Source of the DNA: Malacoraja senta
Taxonomy: Eukaryota
NCBI GenBank assembly: GCA_038087875.1
Contig: CM075990.1
Coordinates: forward strand, 10,542,001-10,606,000
Direction: 5' to 3'
DNA: 64,000 nucleotides
Position numbers and translations under genes: made by a program. Position 1 is the stretch's first letter. The number at the start of each line of letters is the position of its first letter. This document shows, piece after piece, positions 53,304-63,853 of this stretch. The notes beneath the pieces were generated by a model. The model was not told the origin of the DNA. It saw nothing but the letters and a program-made list of their open reading frames with translations, and did no database searches.

Positions 53304-55265
53304 TATATTTTTACTGCAGTTTACTGCCCTAGAATACCACCCAGATAGGTTCCATCACTTATTTTCTATCCTTTGGACCTTTATTTAACCATGGCAGCAA
53401 TGTTTCTCCTCATAGACTTTACTGCCATTTTCCACCTCCCATCCAGTTTGGCCATCACCTTGCTGATCGCTCAGTCTCATGAACTCTTTGAAATACCAAC
53501 CTCTGAAATCCCAGACCCACCAACCTTCGAGCAGAGACCCAAAACTTCATCTACACTCACCTTCATCCTATCCCATCCTCCACAAGGTGTAATCTGTGGC
53601 CAGCCAGAATCTCACCCCCCAATGCCCTCATTAGACCTCTGTTATTAGCAATCCTCCACCCCCACCCCAATCAAACCCATCCTCGTGCCCATGCTCACTG
53701 GGCTTCATCCCTTAGTCCCCATGTTCAAATACCTGTGAATCTCCAGACTCTTTCGGACAACTGAGAATCTACCAATGCTACTCTCACCAACACTCCTCAC
53801 CCCGTCCTCCTACCCACACCACCTTTCCTCAGAAGAACCCAGACATTATCGACACATCTCAGTGCTTAAGAGAAGACGTGTACTGTGCACAAGCATCCAT
53901 GACCATAACAATCACCAATGCATCATGCAACAACCATATAGCATACTTCTACAACACGCTGTCATTGTTAGATCTCAATGTATCAACTGGAACAATTGTA
54001 AAAATAGATTGCATTTAACCAGGACCTTACTGTAACAATGAGCATTAGATCCCAATGTAATGCTTTGTGATTTATAAAGCCATCTGTTTTATATTATTGA
54101 GTCTGAGCTGACTAATAATCTAGCAGACATGTAATGGAAATGGAAAACATTCAACCTGAATTACATGGCATCTCCATTTGGCCAGAGAGCAGTACTGCAT
54201 TTATAAACTGCTGATATAACTGGATAAGCAAATTGAAGATCATGTGCACTTGCAGGCAAGAAAAGTCTTGCTTTCATACACAAGACTGCATAAAAATACA
54301 GCTCAAAAGGCCTCAGATATCGTTCCCACCTTAGAACAGAAGCATTAATACATTAGTACCATCAGTTAACTCGCATACCTCACCTTCAAATTGAGGTAGG
54401 CAACAGGTTCATGTTTAGTTATAGTTTCATAATTGTGCTTTTTAAGGAGTATGGGTTTTTTTCTTGATGAAGCATTCTAAGATTTGTCGTCTGAGACAGG
54501 CCTCACATTTTGCTAATCCCCTCTCTAATAAACTCACACATTTGAAATGCTACCTAAAATGCATCGTTATTTTACATTAACATTGCTTTCTAAAGATTAT
54601 TTCCTTTCTAAATCCCTGCGCACAGTGGGGACAACATGTGGAGCTGTCAGTTTGCATTGAAATCACATTTACCACCTAGTGAGAAGCTGTTAGGCAGCAG
54701 GAAACTGGAAGCAGGCTATGAATAGGTAAGTGCACTGTCCTGGAGTGTTCTACAGATGATTACCTTCACTCTAATCCCACATCGTAAATTTATGATCATA
54801 TCAATAAGTATGTATGTAGTAATAACATTAACATGAAATGTTATACATTGTATTACATTTTTTTAGGGATTACATTTATAAAATTCAATTTTCATTTATT
54901 TAAATCAATTTGTTTTAATGGTTCATAGAGTTACTTACTACCAATGATTAGAGGGAAATGGTCCCATAGCATTAGAGTTCATAAGGCAATTGATTGTTGC
55001 TTCACAATAAACGGAGACAATTATTTACCATTTACTCTCTTCTGGCAATACTGTATATTATGCTTGTAATACAAAACTTGGCAATTTCATAATTAGCTAT
55101 TACAGAACTTAATTTTATAACCAAAGTGAAATGATATGAACAACTGTATTGTTAGATTGCAAAATATGCAACTGAAAACAAACAGTTGAGACAGGAATGT
55201 GTTGCATTTGTTGAAAGTAATCTAATTTAAGAAAAGATCAGCTGGACCCCAATATTATATTCCTG

Positions 55266-55333
55266 GGTAGACACAAGATGCTGGAGTAACTCAGCGGGAC
55301 AGGCAGCAACTCTGGAGAGAAGGAAAGAGAAGA
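55266..55333 (-). mobile_element. Very short Penelope-derived insertion with 15-bp TSD, at L8 motif C
   Basis: AATATTATATTCCTG at 55251-55265 and 55334-55348. Confidence 0.8.
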
Positions 55334-56459
55334 AATATTATATTCCTGCCCTGCATTGTGTACTATTTTGCCATTTGAAAGTTTTTTTTATTGTTACATT
55401 ATTGGTGAAATCTGCTCACTCATGCCATCAATCATCTCTTCAATTTATGAACAACCAATGATTCTGGGAGCAGCTTGCAACACAATTTAATTATTATGAA
55501 TTTCAAATGGTAAACTATATTATGAAAGTCAAAATAAAATGAGTTATTCTAATTTAAATTAACAGAAAAAATGGCAGATTATTTGCAATAAACAATCGAA
55601 CTTTACCGTTCACTAGGCATAATTTTAATGATTTAATCTGATCACCATGCGATTGAAGCTTAAATGTTTTATTCTGATCCTGTGAAGGGGATATTTCATT
55701 TCAGGACCTTTTATTGCCAGCAGCAGGTGTCAAGACCACCAGCTACAGCCAGTGCATTGTCTGCTGTGTGATGGCAAACTTAAAAAAAGATTAAAGATTG
55801 TGACTTAACCTCTGCAATTCACTATTATTAATGGATCTAATCAGAAAGTGCCATAGCATATTAGACTCTTTTTAATTTAAAATTGGTCTGTCTTTAAGTT
55901 ATCTTAAATTTGTTAGAAAAAACAACCAGTGACATTTTGTGAAACTCCTTCAATGGAGAAAATGTATGTGGTGAAACCTGGAGCAGAGATTTTATTTTAA
56001 ATAAAGTCAAACCGTATAGCCCAAAAAGTAAGTAAATATCATACAAATATGCATTATTAATTTAATGCTTAAACTCTGTATTAATGCAAAAATGGAAGGG
56101 TTTTTATACCAATGCGAAGCATTCACATGTTAAAATTGTTGAAGTGTTTGTGCGTTCATGTAAAATTTAAACAAGTTTTTGCTTTCCAACCAAAATAACA
56201 TGTTTCAATAATTTGTTCATTCGTACTTTCACCTAAGAACAAACATTTGTCCTTTTTCCACAATTACACCTTTTCGAAGTGTTTCAAAGGTAAGTTTTCT
56301 TTGAATACCCACGTCAAAGTATTTATAAAAAATATTTTTAACTTGCAAAACTGAATAACTTTAGGATCAATCGTCACCAATTCCTCTCGCACTTGTAACT
56401 GTAAATATGGCCAGGATCTTTTGATTAAAAGAACTACCAGTTTTTACCACATACAGTAA

Positions 56460-57040
56460 ACAATAAAAATAATAATAAACTTTATTTCAGACTCAAGGTC
56501 CAGACAAGGGACAACATTACATAAAAATACATTGCATATAAAAACATCATAAAATGCATATAAAATCTTAGTATATCACTTAGTATATATAAATTATATA
56601 TTTAAAAAAACACAATACATGAATTAAAATCCAGAACAAAAAATAATGATCAATGCCCTACAACGATACCAGTGTCTCCACAACTGGGATTCGTAGCGTG
56701 TCGTGCTAAACCTTATGTTTGACAAGGCCACAATAATTAAATCTTTAGTCATTTATCCTGCAAATGAATTTATACATATGATTTCTTAGGATAGCTTCTA
56801 AAGTACTGACTCCTGCAGCCACAAGCACGTTACTAGCACTACACCATCATCAGCATACAATATATGGTTCACAAAAATATTTCCAATCATGCACCCAGTA
56901 TTACAGGCTTTCAATTGTTTGGACAGATCATCAATATAAAGATTAAAAAGGACTGGGGCCAAAATCCCCCCTTGTCTAACACCATTGCTAACCCCAAATG
57001 GAGCTGAGACCCTATTGCTCCATTTTATTTGCATAGTCTA
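56460..57040 (-). mobile_element. RTE-X-like LINE fragment, internally deleted
   Basis: GVRQGGILAPVLFNLYIDDL...GCMIGN..VNHILYADD; AATAAA and (TTA)n tail. Confidence 0.75.
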
Positions 57041-57368
57041 AATGAGCAGGTACATGCAACGGTGAAGTCTTGATTAGTTGAACATTTATCCCAGGACGTG
57101 TGCTGTGTTTTTGGACCTTTCTTAGAGTATTGCAGGCCAGCATGAACTTGAGAAGGTATCACAACACAGACTGAGAAATCTGTCTGCTGAAACAGCACAA
57201 AGTACGTTCAGCATGTCCATTTCTTACAGTTGAAATAAATTATTGTAAAGTCAAAATATAAGGTTGTACCCTTGTTTTATGATATTGGTTTAATTGTTTT
57301 TGTTTTCTTTGAGTGTCTGTTTTGATTTTACTATTTTAATGTTCTTTATAATATGTTTAAAGTACTTA

Positions 57369-57685
57369 TGGAGCTGTCCCACTGTACGAGCTAATTCAAG
57401 AGTTCTCCCGAGTTTCCCCTGATTCGAACTCGGAGAATTACGGTAATAGCCGCTCGTAGGTACCCGGGGCTCTTGTGGACATTTTTCAACATTTTGAAAA
57501 ATTTTCACGAGTCTTCACGAGCTTACCGCATTTCCCGAGTACCTGCCGTTAGCTTTACGAGCCGCTAAGAGACGTCCCGAGGTCCGATGTACCCGCTACG
57601 TACATTCCACGTGCTTACCACGAGTTTGATTATTTTTTTTACTCAGTAGAGCTCTTGAATTAGCTTGTATAGTGGGACAGCCCCT
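57369..57685. mobile_element. PIF/Harbinger-type MITE
   Basis: Long terminal inverted repeats (GCTGTCCCACT.TAC.AGCTAATTCAAGAG); 3-bp TTA TSD (57366-57368, 57686-57688). Confidence 0.88.
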
Positions 57686-59009
57686 TTAACATTCTCAGAA
57701 CTCAAAAAAGATTACGTGACTTGCTGAGCAACTGGGATGCAACTTTTCAACGGGAGATTGAAACTGCAGAACCACTTAGAAAAGGACAGGTTTGGAGGCA
57801 GGTATCTGGCATGGAATGGGATTTTCTGTTTGGCATAAGTTCTGAGCCAATATTGAGCCAGTACTAAAGTGCCAGTGCTGTCCTGCAATATTGTTACAAA
57901 CTTTACAACTTCCAAAGATAATGGTTACATTTTATGTATTTTCCCATTAAACAGGTCATCTAATGTGAAGCCTGCCTTTACCTGTAAGTTCATGTTTGTA
58001 CAATGGCAGATACAAATACTGACATATGAACAATTGGTTGTATTCACATCAGCATTGGGTTTAGAATTTCTGAACACCCATGTATATAGGAGTGCATTAG
58101 AAGTGATATACAAATTAATAGTCAAGAGTTATCCTTTTACAAATGCTTATTCACTAGATCTTTAACAGCCCATTTTAATACTCTGTAGCACGTTGTTAAG
58201 CTAACAGGTTTATAACAACAGAATAGATCTAACAGGTGCTGTATTTTGTATAGTCTAGAAATTCCAATAGGCATTGCAAATGAGAAGTACACCCTAAGTA
58301 TATATGTGCAATTTGCCACATAATAAATGTTTTACTGTAGCTTATTATGCTAGAGAAATACCATCAAATAATTCCATCTTCAGAGGAACAGAAATATCTA
58401 GAGGGAATGTCATCTGGCCCTCTGTACTGCTTCTTGTCCCCCCCGCTTATATATAATTTATAGCTGCTCATCAGTGATATTCACTAAAAATTGTGTCAGC
58501 TTCCACACATACCTTTTTGTCATCTCCCATTTTTCTCAAATGTCTCTAAACTGGGAGAGCAAGAATTCTCCTTCCTAGAAACTATGAGAAACTGACACAA
58601 ATTGTCTGCAACCTTGATGCAATATTTGAGGCCAAGTTGGGATTTGACACCAAATTTCATCCATTTCTATCTCCATAAGGTTAGACTCTGGTCTTACCAC
58701 AGCTCATCTGCTGTCAAAACATTTATCTCTGTCCTTGAAACCTCCCAAGTGGTTCAATGTCCACTTGACTGACCTTCTCTCGATCTCTCTCATTCTATTT
58801 TCTGAAAATGTGAGCATCCAATCTCTTTTGCCTGCATCATGACTCACAGAAGTCCCATTTCAGCATTACCTTGTATTTGTCAGCCTACATGGGTTCTGAT
58901 TAAATAATGCCTTTATCTTAAAATGTTCATTTTTCAAACCCCATTCACAGTCTCATTCCCCTAGCTCAGTTACCCTCTCCAGCACCACTGCCAAGATTTA
59001 TATCCTCTT

Positions 59010-59780
59010 TTGCGGGCTGGAAGAGTCTGTTTTCCACGTGTACATGAAGTGCGTGAGGCTGCAGCCCCTGTTTCAATACCTAAAGGGGCTGCCCCTTGCC
59101 TTCTGGCTGCATTTTTCACCCACCATCCTCATCTTTGGACACCCTGTGCGTAGGGGAGAGGGTAGGGCTGAAGATGTTCTGGTTGGGTTGCTCCTGGGCC
59201 TGGCCAAGCTGGCCATCCGTGAGTCAAGGCGCCAGGCGGTGGAGGGCTCTACCCGAACTGGCTGCCGGCCCCTTTTCTGGGGATACGTCCGTGCCCGGGT
59301 GCAGTTAGAAAGGGAATATGCCCTGTCCACGGGCACCCTGGGGGATTTCCGGGACCGCTGGGCACCGAGGGGGTTTGAATGCATCCTTGACAAGGAGTGT
59401 AATATAGTTATATAATAGTTTCTTGTTTGTCGTGTATTATGGTGGTGGGTTCTGTTTTGGTTTTTACTGTGCTGTATATATTAGATACATAGATACATAG
59501 AAAATAGGTGCAGGAGTAGGCCATTCGGCCCTTCGAGCCTGCACCGCCATTCAATACGATCATGGCTGATCATCCAACTCAGTATCCCGTACCTGCCTTC
59601 TCTCCATACCCCCTGATCCCTTTAGCCACAAGGGCCACATCTAATTCCCTCTTAAATATAGCCAATGAACTGGCCTCAACTACCCTCTGTGGCAGAGAGT
59701 TCCAGAGATTCACCACTCTCTGTGTGAAAAATATTATTTTAATATTTGAATAAATATTTTTGATTAATAAAAATAAAAAA
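59010..59780 (+). mobile_element. Tx1/L1-type LINE 3' end interrupted by a young CR1 3' end (59485-59730, minus)
   Basis: CG.EESVFHVYMKC.RLQPLF...LLGLAKLAI...FRDRW; AATAAA and A-rich tail after the CR1. Confidence 0.85.
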
Positions 59781-60224
59781 AAGAATTATATCCTCACCTA
59801 TAAATCTGCACTTGTGCAGCCTTGAATTTCATTGCACCAATATTAACAGTCATGTCTTTAGTTGTCTAAGCCATGAACTTAAAACAATCCTTCCCAATAC
59901 CTTTGCACCTCTCTATCTCTTTTCTCTCCTTTGAGATGTTCCTTAGTTCCTATTTGTTTGACTAGCTTTGGTCATCTGTTTTTGGATGACTTGAAGGAAC
60001 AATTATAAATCCAGTTAGTTAAATAATCAGTGTGAATGCTCTTGAAGCCAGCAGATATGTCTGTAACATCATAACCATTATAAACTCCACAGTCGGACTG
60101 CATAGCCATCCTGTGAAACTCAAAGACACTATTTGGATAAATGATCTTCCCCAGGTTATGACAGGGGTCAGTTCCCCAGGTTATGACAGGGCTCTGTTCC
60201 TGTCTGTCTGTCTGTCTGTCTGTC

Positions 60225-63008
60225 TTACTAAAACTCTCATCTTGTTTGTTTCTATCTAGCCATGCGCGCGTATGTGACCCCAGAACTGTGCCAAAACGGT
60301 ACATGATAGCACGAACAATTTTGCACCACCTTACTCACAATTGTCCTGTGGTGGTTTGTGTCAAGTTTTGTTCAAATTGATGTTATATATCTCATGTTTT
60401 TCACATTTAAAACGTTACAAAATCCTATTTGAGAAAGAAACACTGCAGTGGCAGATGAGTGGAGGAGAGGGGAGAGAAGATGGAGGGTGAAGAGGAGGGG
60501 AAGGAGTGCTGGGGGATGAGGGGAAATGAGCCCCGCCTGTGCAGTTGGGGGCTATGGGTGAGTGGTGGAATATTGCGTTGGGCAAACGGATTACGACGGG
60601 GGAACAGGTAAGTGGTGGAAACGGGTTGCGTTGGGGGAAAGGGGTGAGTGAAGGAATATTGCGTTGCGGGAATGGGGCCCAACGGGTCGCACTTGGTCTA
60701 GTATATATTACTAAAACTCTAATTTTGTTTGTTATTCTGTCTGTCTGCGCATGTGCTCCCGCAACTATGCCAAAACGGTACATAGTAGTGCTACCATTTT
60801 TGGTCCACCTTACTCACCATTGTCTTGTGGTGTGTTTTTATCATTTCGTTCAGATTGATGGTATATTTTACAAGTTATTCACATTTTAAACTTTACAAAA
60901 TCCAGTTTGACAAAAATCACTTGAACTTGCACTGGCAGTTAGCAGGGTATGACGTCACAATGGGATTTCATTTACATAAACAGCCTGTCAGCAGTGTTCC
61001 ATCCCACAATTACATCACAATGGGATCTCATTTACATTTTAAAAACTGTTTTCAAAAACACAGCAGCATTCCACCATGACATCACATAAAATAAAAAAAA
61101 CATAGCAGCTTCCACCTCACAATGACATCAAGGGGGGTAGGGAGGAGAGAGGGGTTATGGAGGCAGGGAGGGAGGGAGGGAGGGAGGGAGTGACTGAGGG
61201 TAGGGGAAAGGAGAGGGAGGGAGAGTTGAGGGAGTGGGGGAGGGGAGGAGCAATGAGAGATTTGTTACATTGTTGTAAGGAGGGAGGGAGTGGGGGAGGG
61301 AACGAGGAGAGGATTGTTGTTTAATGTTATTTAAACAGATAGAGGAAGAGGAAGGGGGTAGGGATGGGATAGGGTTAGGGAGGGAGGGAGGGAGGGAGGG
61401 AGGGAGGGAGGGAGGGACTGAGGGTAGGGGCAAGGAGAGGGAGGGAGAGGTGATGGAGGGAGTGGGGAGGGGAGGAGGAGAAGGGAAAGAAGAGGGAGGG
61501 TGAAGAGGACAGTAGGGAGTGCTGGGGGATGAGGGAAAATGAGCGGTGCCTGTGCAGTTGGGGGCTATGGGTGAGTGGTGGAATATTGCGTTGGGGGAAC
61601 GGCTTGCGTTGGGGGAACGGGTGAGTGGTGGAATATTGCATTGGGGGAATGGGGCCCAACGGGTTCCACTTGGTCTAATATCTATATCTATCTATCTATA
61701 TCTATCTATATATTACGAAAACACTCATCTTGTTTGTTTCTATGCATGCGAGTTTGCGCTCCCTGATTCGGTGATGTCATCAAATTACGCCAAAACGGTA
61801 CATGATAGTGCAACAAGAGGAGGGGGAGGAAGTGCTGGGGATGAGAGAGAATGGAGGAGGATAGGGGTAGGAAGTGGGATGGCGAGGCGCACTTGGGGAG
61901 GGTGCCATGACTTGCATCACAACAGGAACCCATCAGCCATGTGGGGGAGCAGGGAGATTGAGGGAGAGGAGGGGGTATGGAGGCGAGAGGGGTTATGGTG
62001 AGTGATGGAGGGAGTGACTGAGGGTAAGGGAAAGGAGAGGGAGGGAGAGCTGAGGGAGGGAGTGGGAGAGGGAGGAGGAGAAGGGAAAGAAGAGGGAGGG
62101 TGAAGAGGAGGGGGAGGGAGTGCTGGGGATGAGGGGGAATGGAGGATAGGGGTAGGAAGAGGGATGGCGAGGCGCAGTTGGGGAGGGTTGCTGTGACTCG
62201 CGTCACAACGGGGATCCCTGGCGTCACAACAGGAAACCATCAGCCACGCCTGCGCAGTTGGGGGCTATGGGTGAGTGGTGGAATATTGCATTCGGGGACC
62301 AGCCCTCCCGAGTGACATGGACCCAACGGGTCCCACTTGGTCTAGTATATATATTACTCTCATCTTGTTTGTTATTATGTCTGTGATTCTATCTGTCTGT
62401 CTGTCCATATGCTCCCGGAACTAAGCCAAAAAGGTACACGATAGTGCTACAATATTTGGACCACCTTACTTACCATTGTCCTGTGGTGTGTTTTCAACAA
62501 GTCTCGTTCAGATTGATGGTATATTTTACAAGTTATACACATTTTAAACTTCACAACACTCCACTTTGAGAAAATTCACTTGCATCTGCACTGACAGCAG
62601 CTTATGATGTCACAATGGGATCCCGAATTTCATTTACATAAAAGATCGCTCTTTTAAAAAAAAAATCCGTTACAATGTTAACAAGGACAGGACTCCCAGT
62701 GCAATGAGAGATTTGTTACATTATTGTAAGGAGAGAGAGGGAGTGGGGCGAGGATTGTTGTTTAATGTTATTTAAACAGATAGAGGGAGAGGAGGGAGGT
62801 AAGGAGGGGAGAGGGTTTATGGAGGGAGGGTAGGGGAAAGGAGAGGGAAGGGAGGAGGAGAGGGGAAAGAAGAGGGAGGGTGAAGAGGAGGGGTGGGAGT
62901 GCTGGGGGATGAGGGGAAATGAGCCAAGTTGGGGGCTATGGGTAGTGGTGGAATATTGCGTTGGGGGAACAGGACTCAACGGGGCCCAATGGGTCCCACT
63001 TGTTCTAG
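60225..63008 (+). mobile_element. Four tandem non-autonomous Helitron-like elements
   Basis: Units start (TATA)TTACTAAAACTCTCATCTTGTTTGT and end in a CCCAACGGG hairpin plus CTAG at 60701, 61678 (CTAA), 62345 and 63008; internal G/A-rich low-complexity tracts. Confidence 0.7.
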
Positions 63009-63751
63009 TATATACTAAAAATGTAGGCCAACCAAGGGTGATGTGTAGTTAACATCTAACTTAATCATTCCCACATAGAGAAGATGCCTGCAGTCCCACA
63101 AATCCAGTCACAAATCCATTCCACCGGTCTCCCAAATGCTTGTTCCTATGTATGGGCTGTATGTAAGTCAGGTGTTTGTAACCCGGGGAGCACGTGTACA
63201 ATGTTCACAGTTGTCATGCTCTGTTCAGATCAAATTTAAAGTTTGTCATATTTTTCTCAGTGTCCAAGTCAGGAGAGTTTATTATTGGGTCATACATTCT
63301 ACCTTTATTTTCTAGATGGTTCTTTCCTGCAAACTGATATATTAGTGGCCTGCAGGAGTTTGTGCAGACATAAGCAGAGGTCTCTGAGATACTAAGCAAT
63401 AAGTTGTAAGATTTATTAAAACTCTGTGGATGGAACAATCTGGGTTGTAGCTTTGATAAGAATGACTCTACATGTAGCCTATCCAGATGAATATCCTGAG
63501 GATCAATATTAGCCAGCACCTGCATTGATGTAGATTTCAGGTTCTGGCAATAGCACATTTTGAGCATCCACAAATTTGGAACGAGTACCAGATGTCCAGC
63601 CTGGTGTTTAGTATTTTGTTGTTTAAGAGACCAAAGACACAGGCACGTTGTGGCGTACTCCCATTGTGATACCATAAGCTCTTATTTCACACTATCTTCA
63701 TCTAGCTCTTTAGGTTTTCAGTTTTTGGAGATGACCCCAAATGTCAGAGTA

Positions 63752-63853
63752 GGCAGAGTCTGAAGTAGGGTTTCGGCCCGAAACGTTGCCTATTTCCTTC
63801 GCTCTATAGATGCTGCTGCACCCTGCTGATTTTCTCCAGCACTTTTGTCTACC
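63752..63853 (+). mobile_element. Penelope-derived short element with 15-bp TSD
   Basis: CCAAATGTCAGAGTA duplicated on both sides; CTGAAGTAGGGTTTCGGCCCGAAACG core. Confidence 0.85.

Larger units (their letters stand above)
52260..58330 (-). pseudogene. L: L8: best-preserved motif series, paramyxovirus-like L gene (N-terminus to capping domain)
   Basis: FAMPI (~58270); VLG*MF (~57090); SPLKE../TG(C)FF (55916-55959, F); IDGM (~55425, B); MQG(R)N (55342-55356, QGDN); FGYKIK (55108-55125, D); YCQKRVNG (~55040, E); FLLPNSFSLGG (54671-54703); NPYSL (~54450, DPYSL); FLPASAHD (~54250, cf. IVPRAAHE); VRSW (~54025); LGSSEER (53822-53842, cf. GSxTxER); N*MH(I)...YSAS (~52275-52323). Frame is restored when the MITE plus one TTA is removed. 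Confidence 0.8.

Noticed and set aside
54000..56400. Cluster of conserved non-coding enhancers or a plus-strand exon at 54626-54725
   Set aside because: The exon has stops in all frames; the minus strand carries an ordered RdRp motif series (L8).
56100..58330. Connector and MTase domains of L9 (SNALL.., NASHWYK, LFLGES)
   Set aside because: Initially attractive, but motifs F-E follow immediately downstream, so this is the N-terminal part of L8. It shows that isolated motif matches by eye can mislead.
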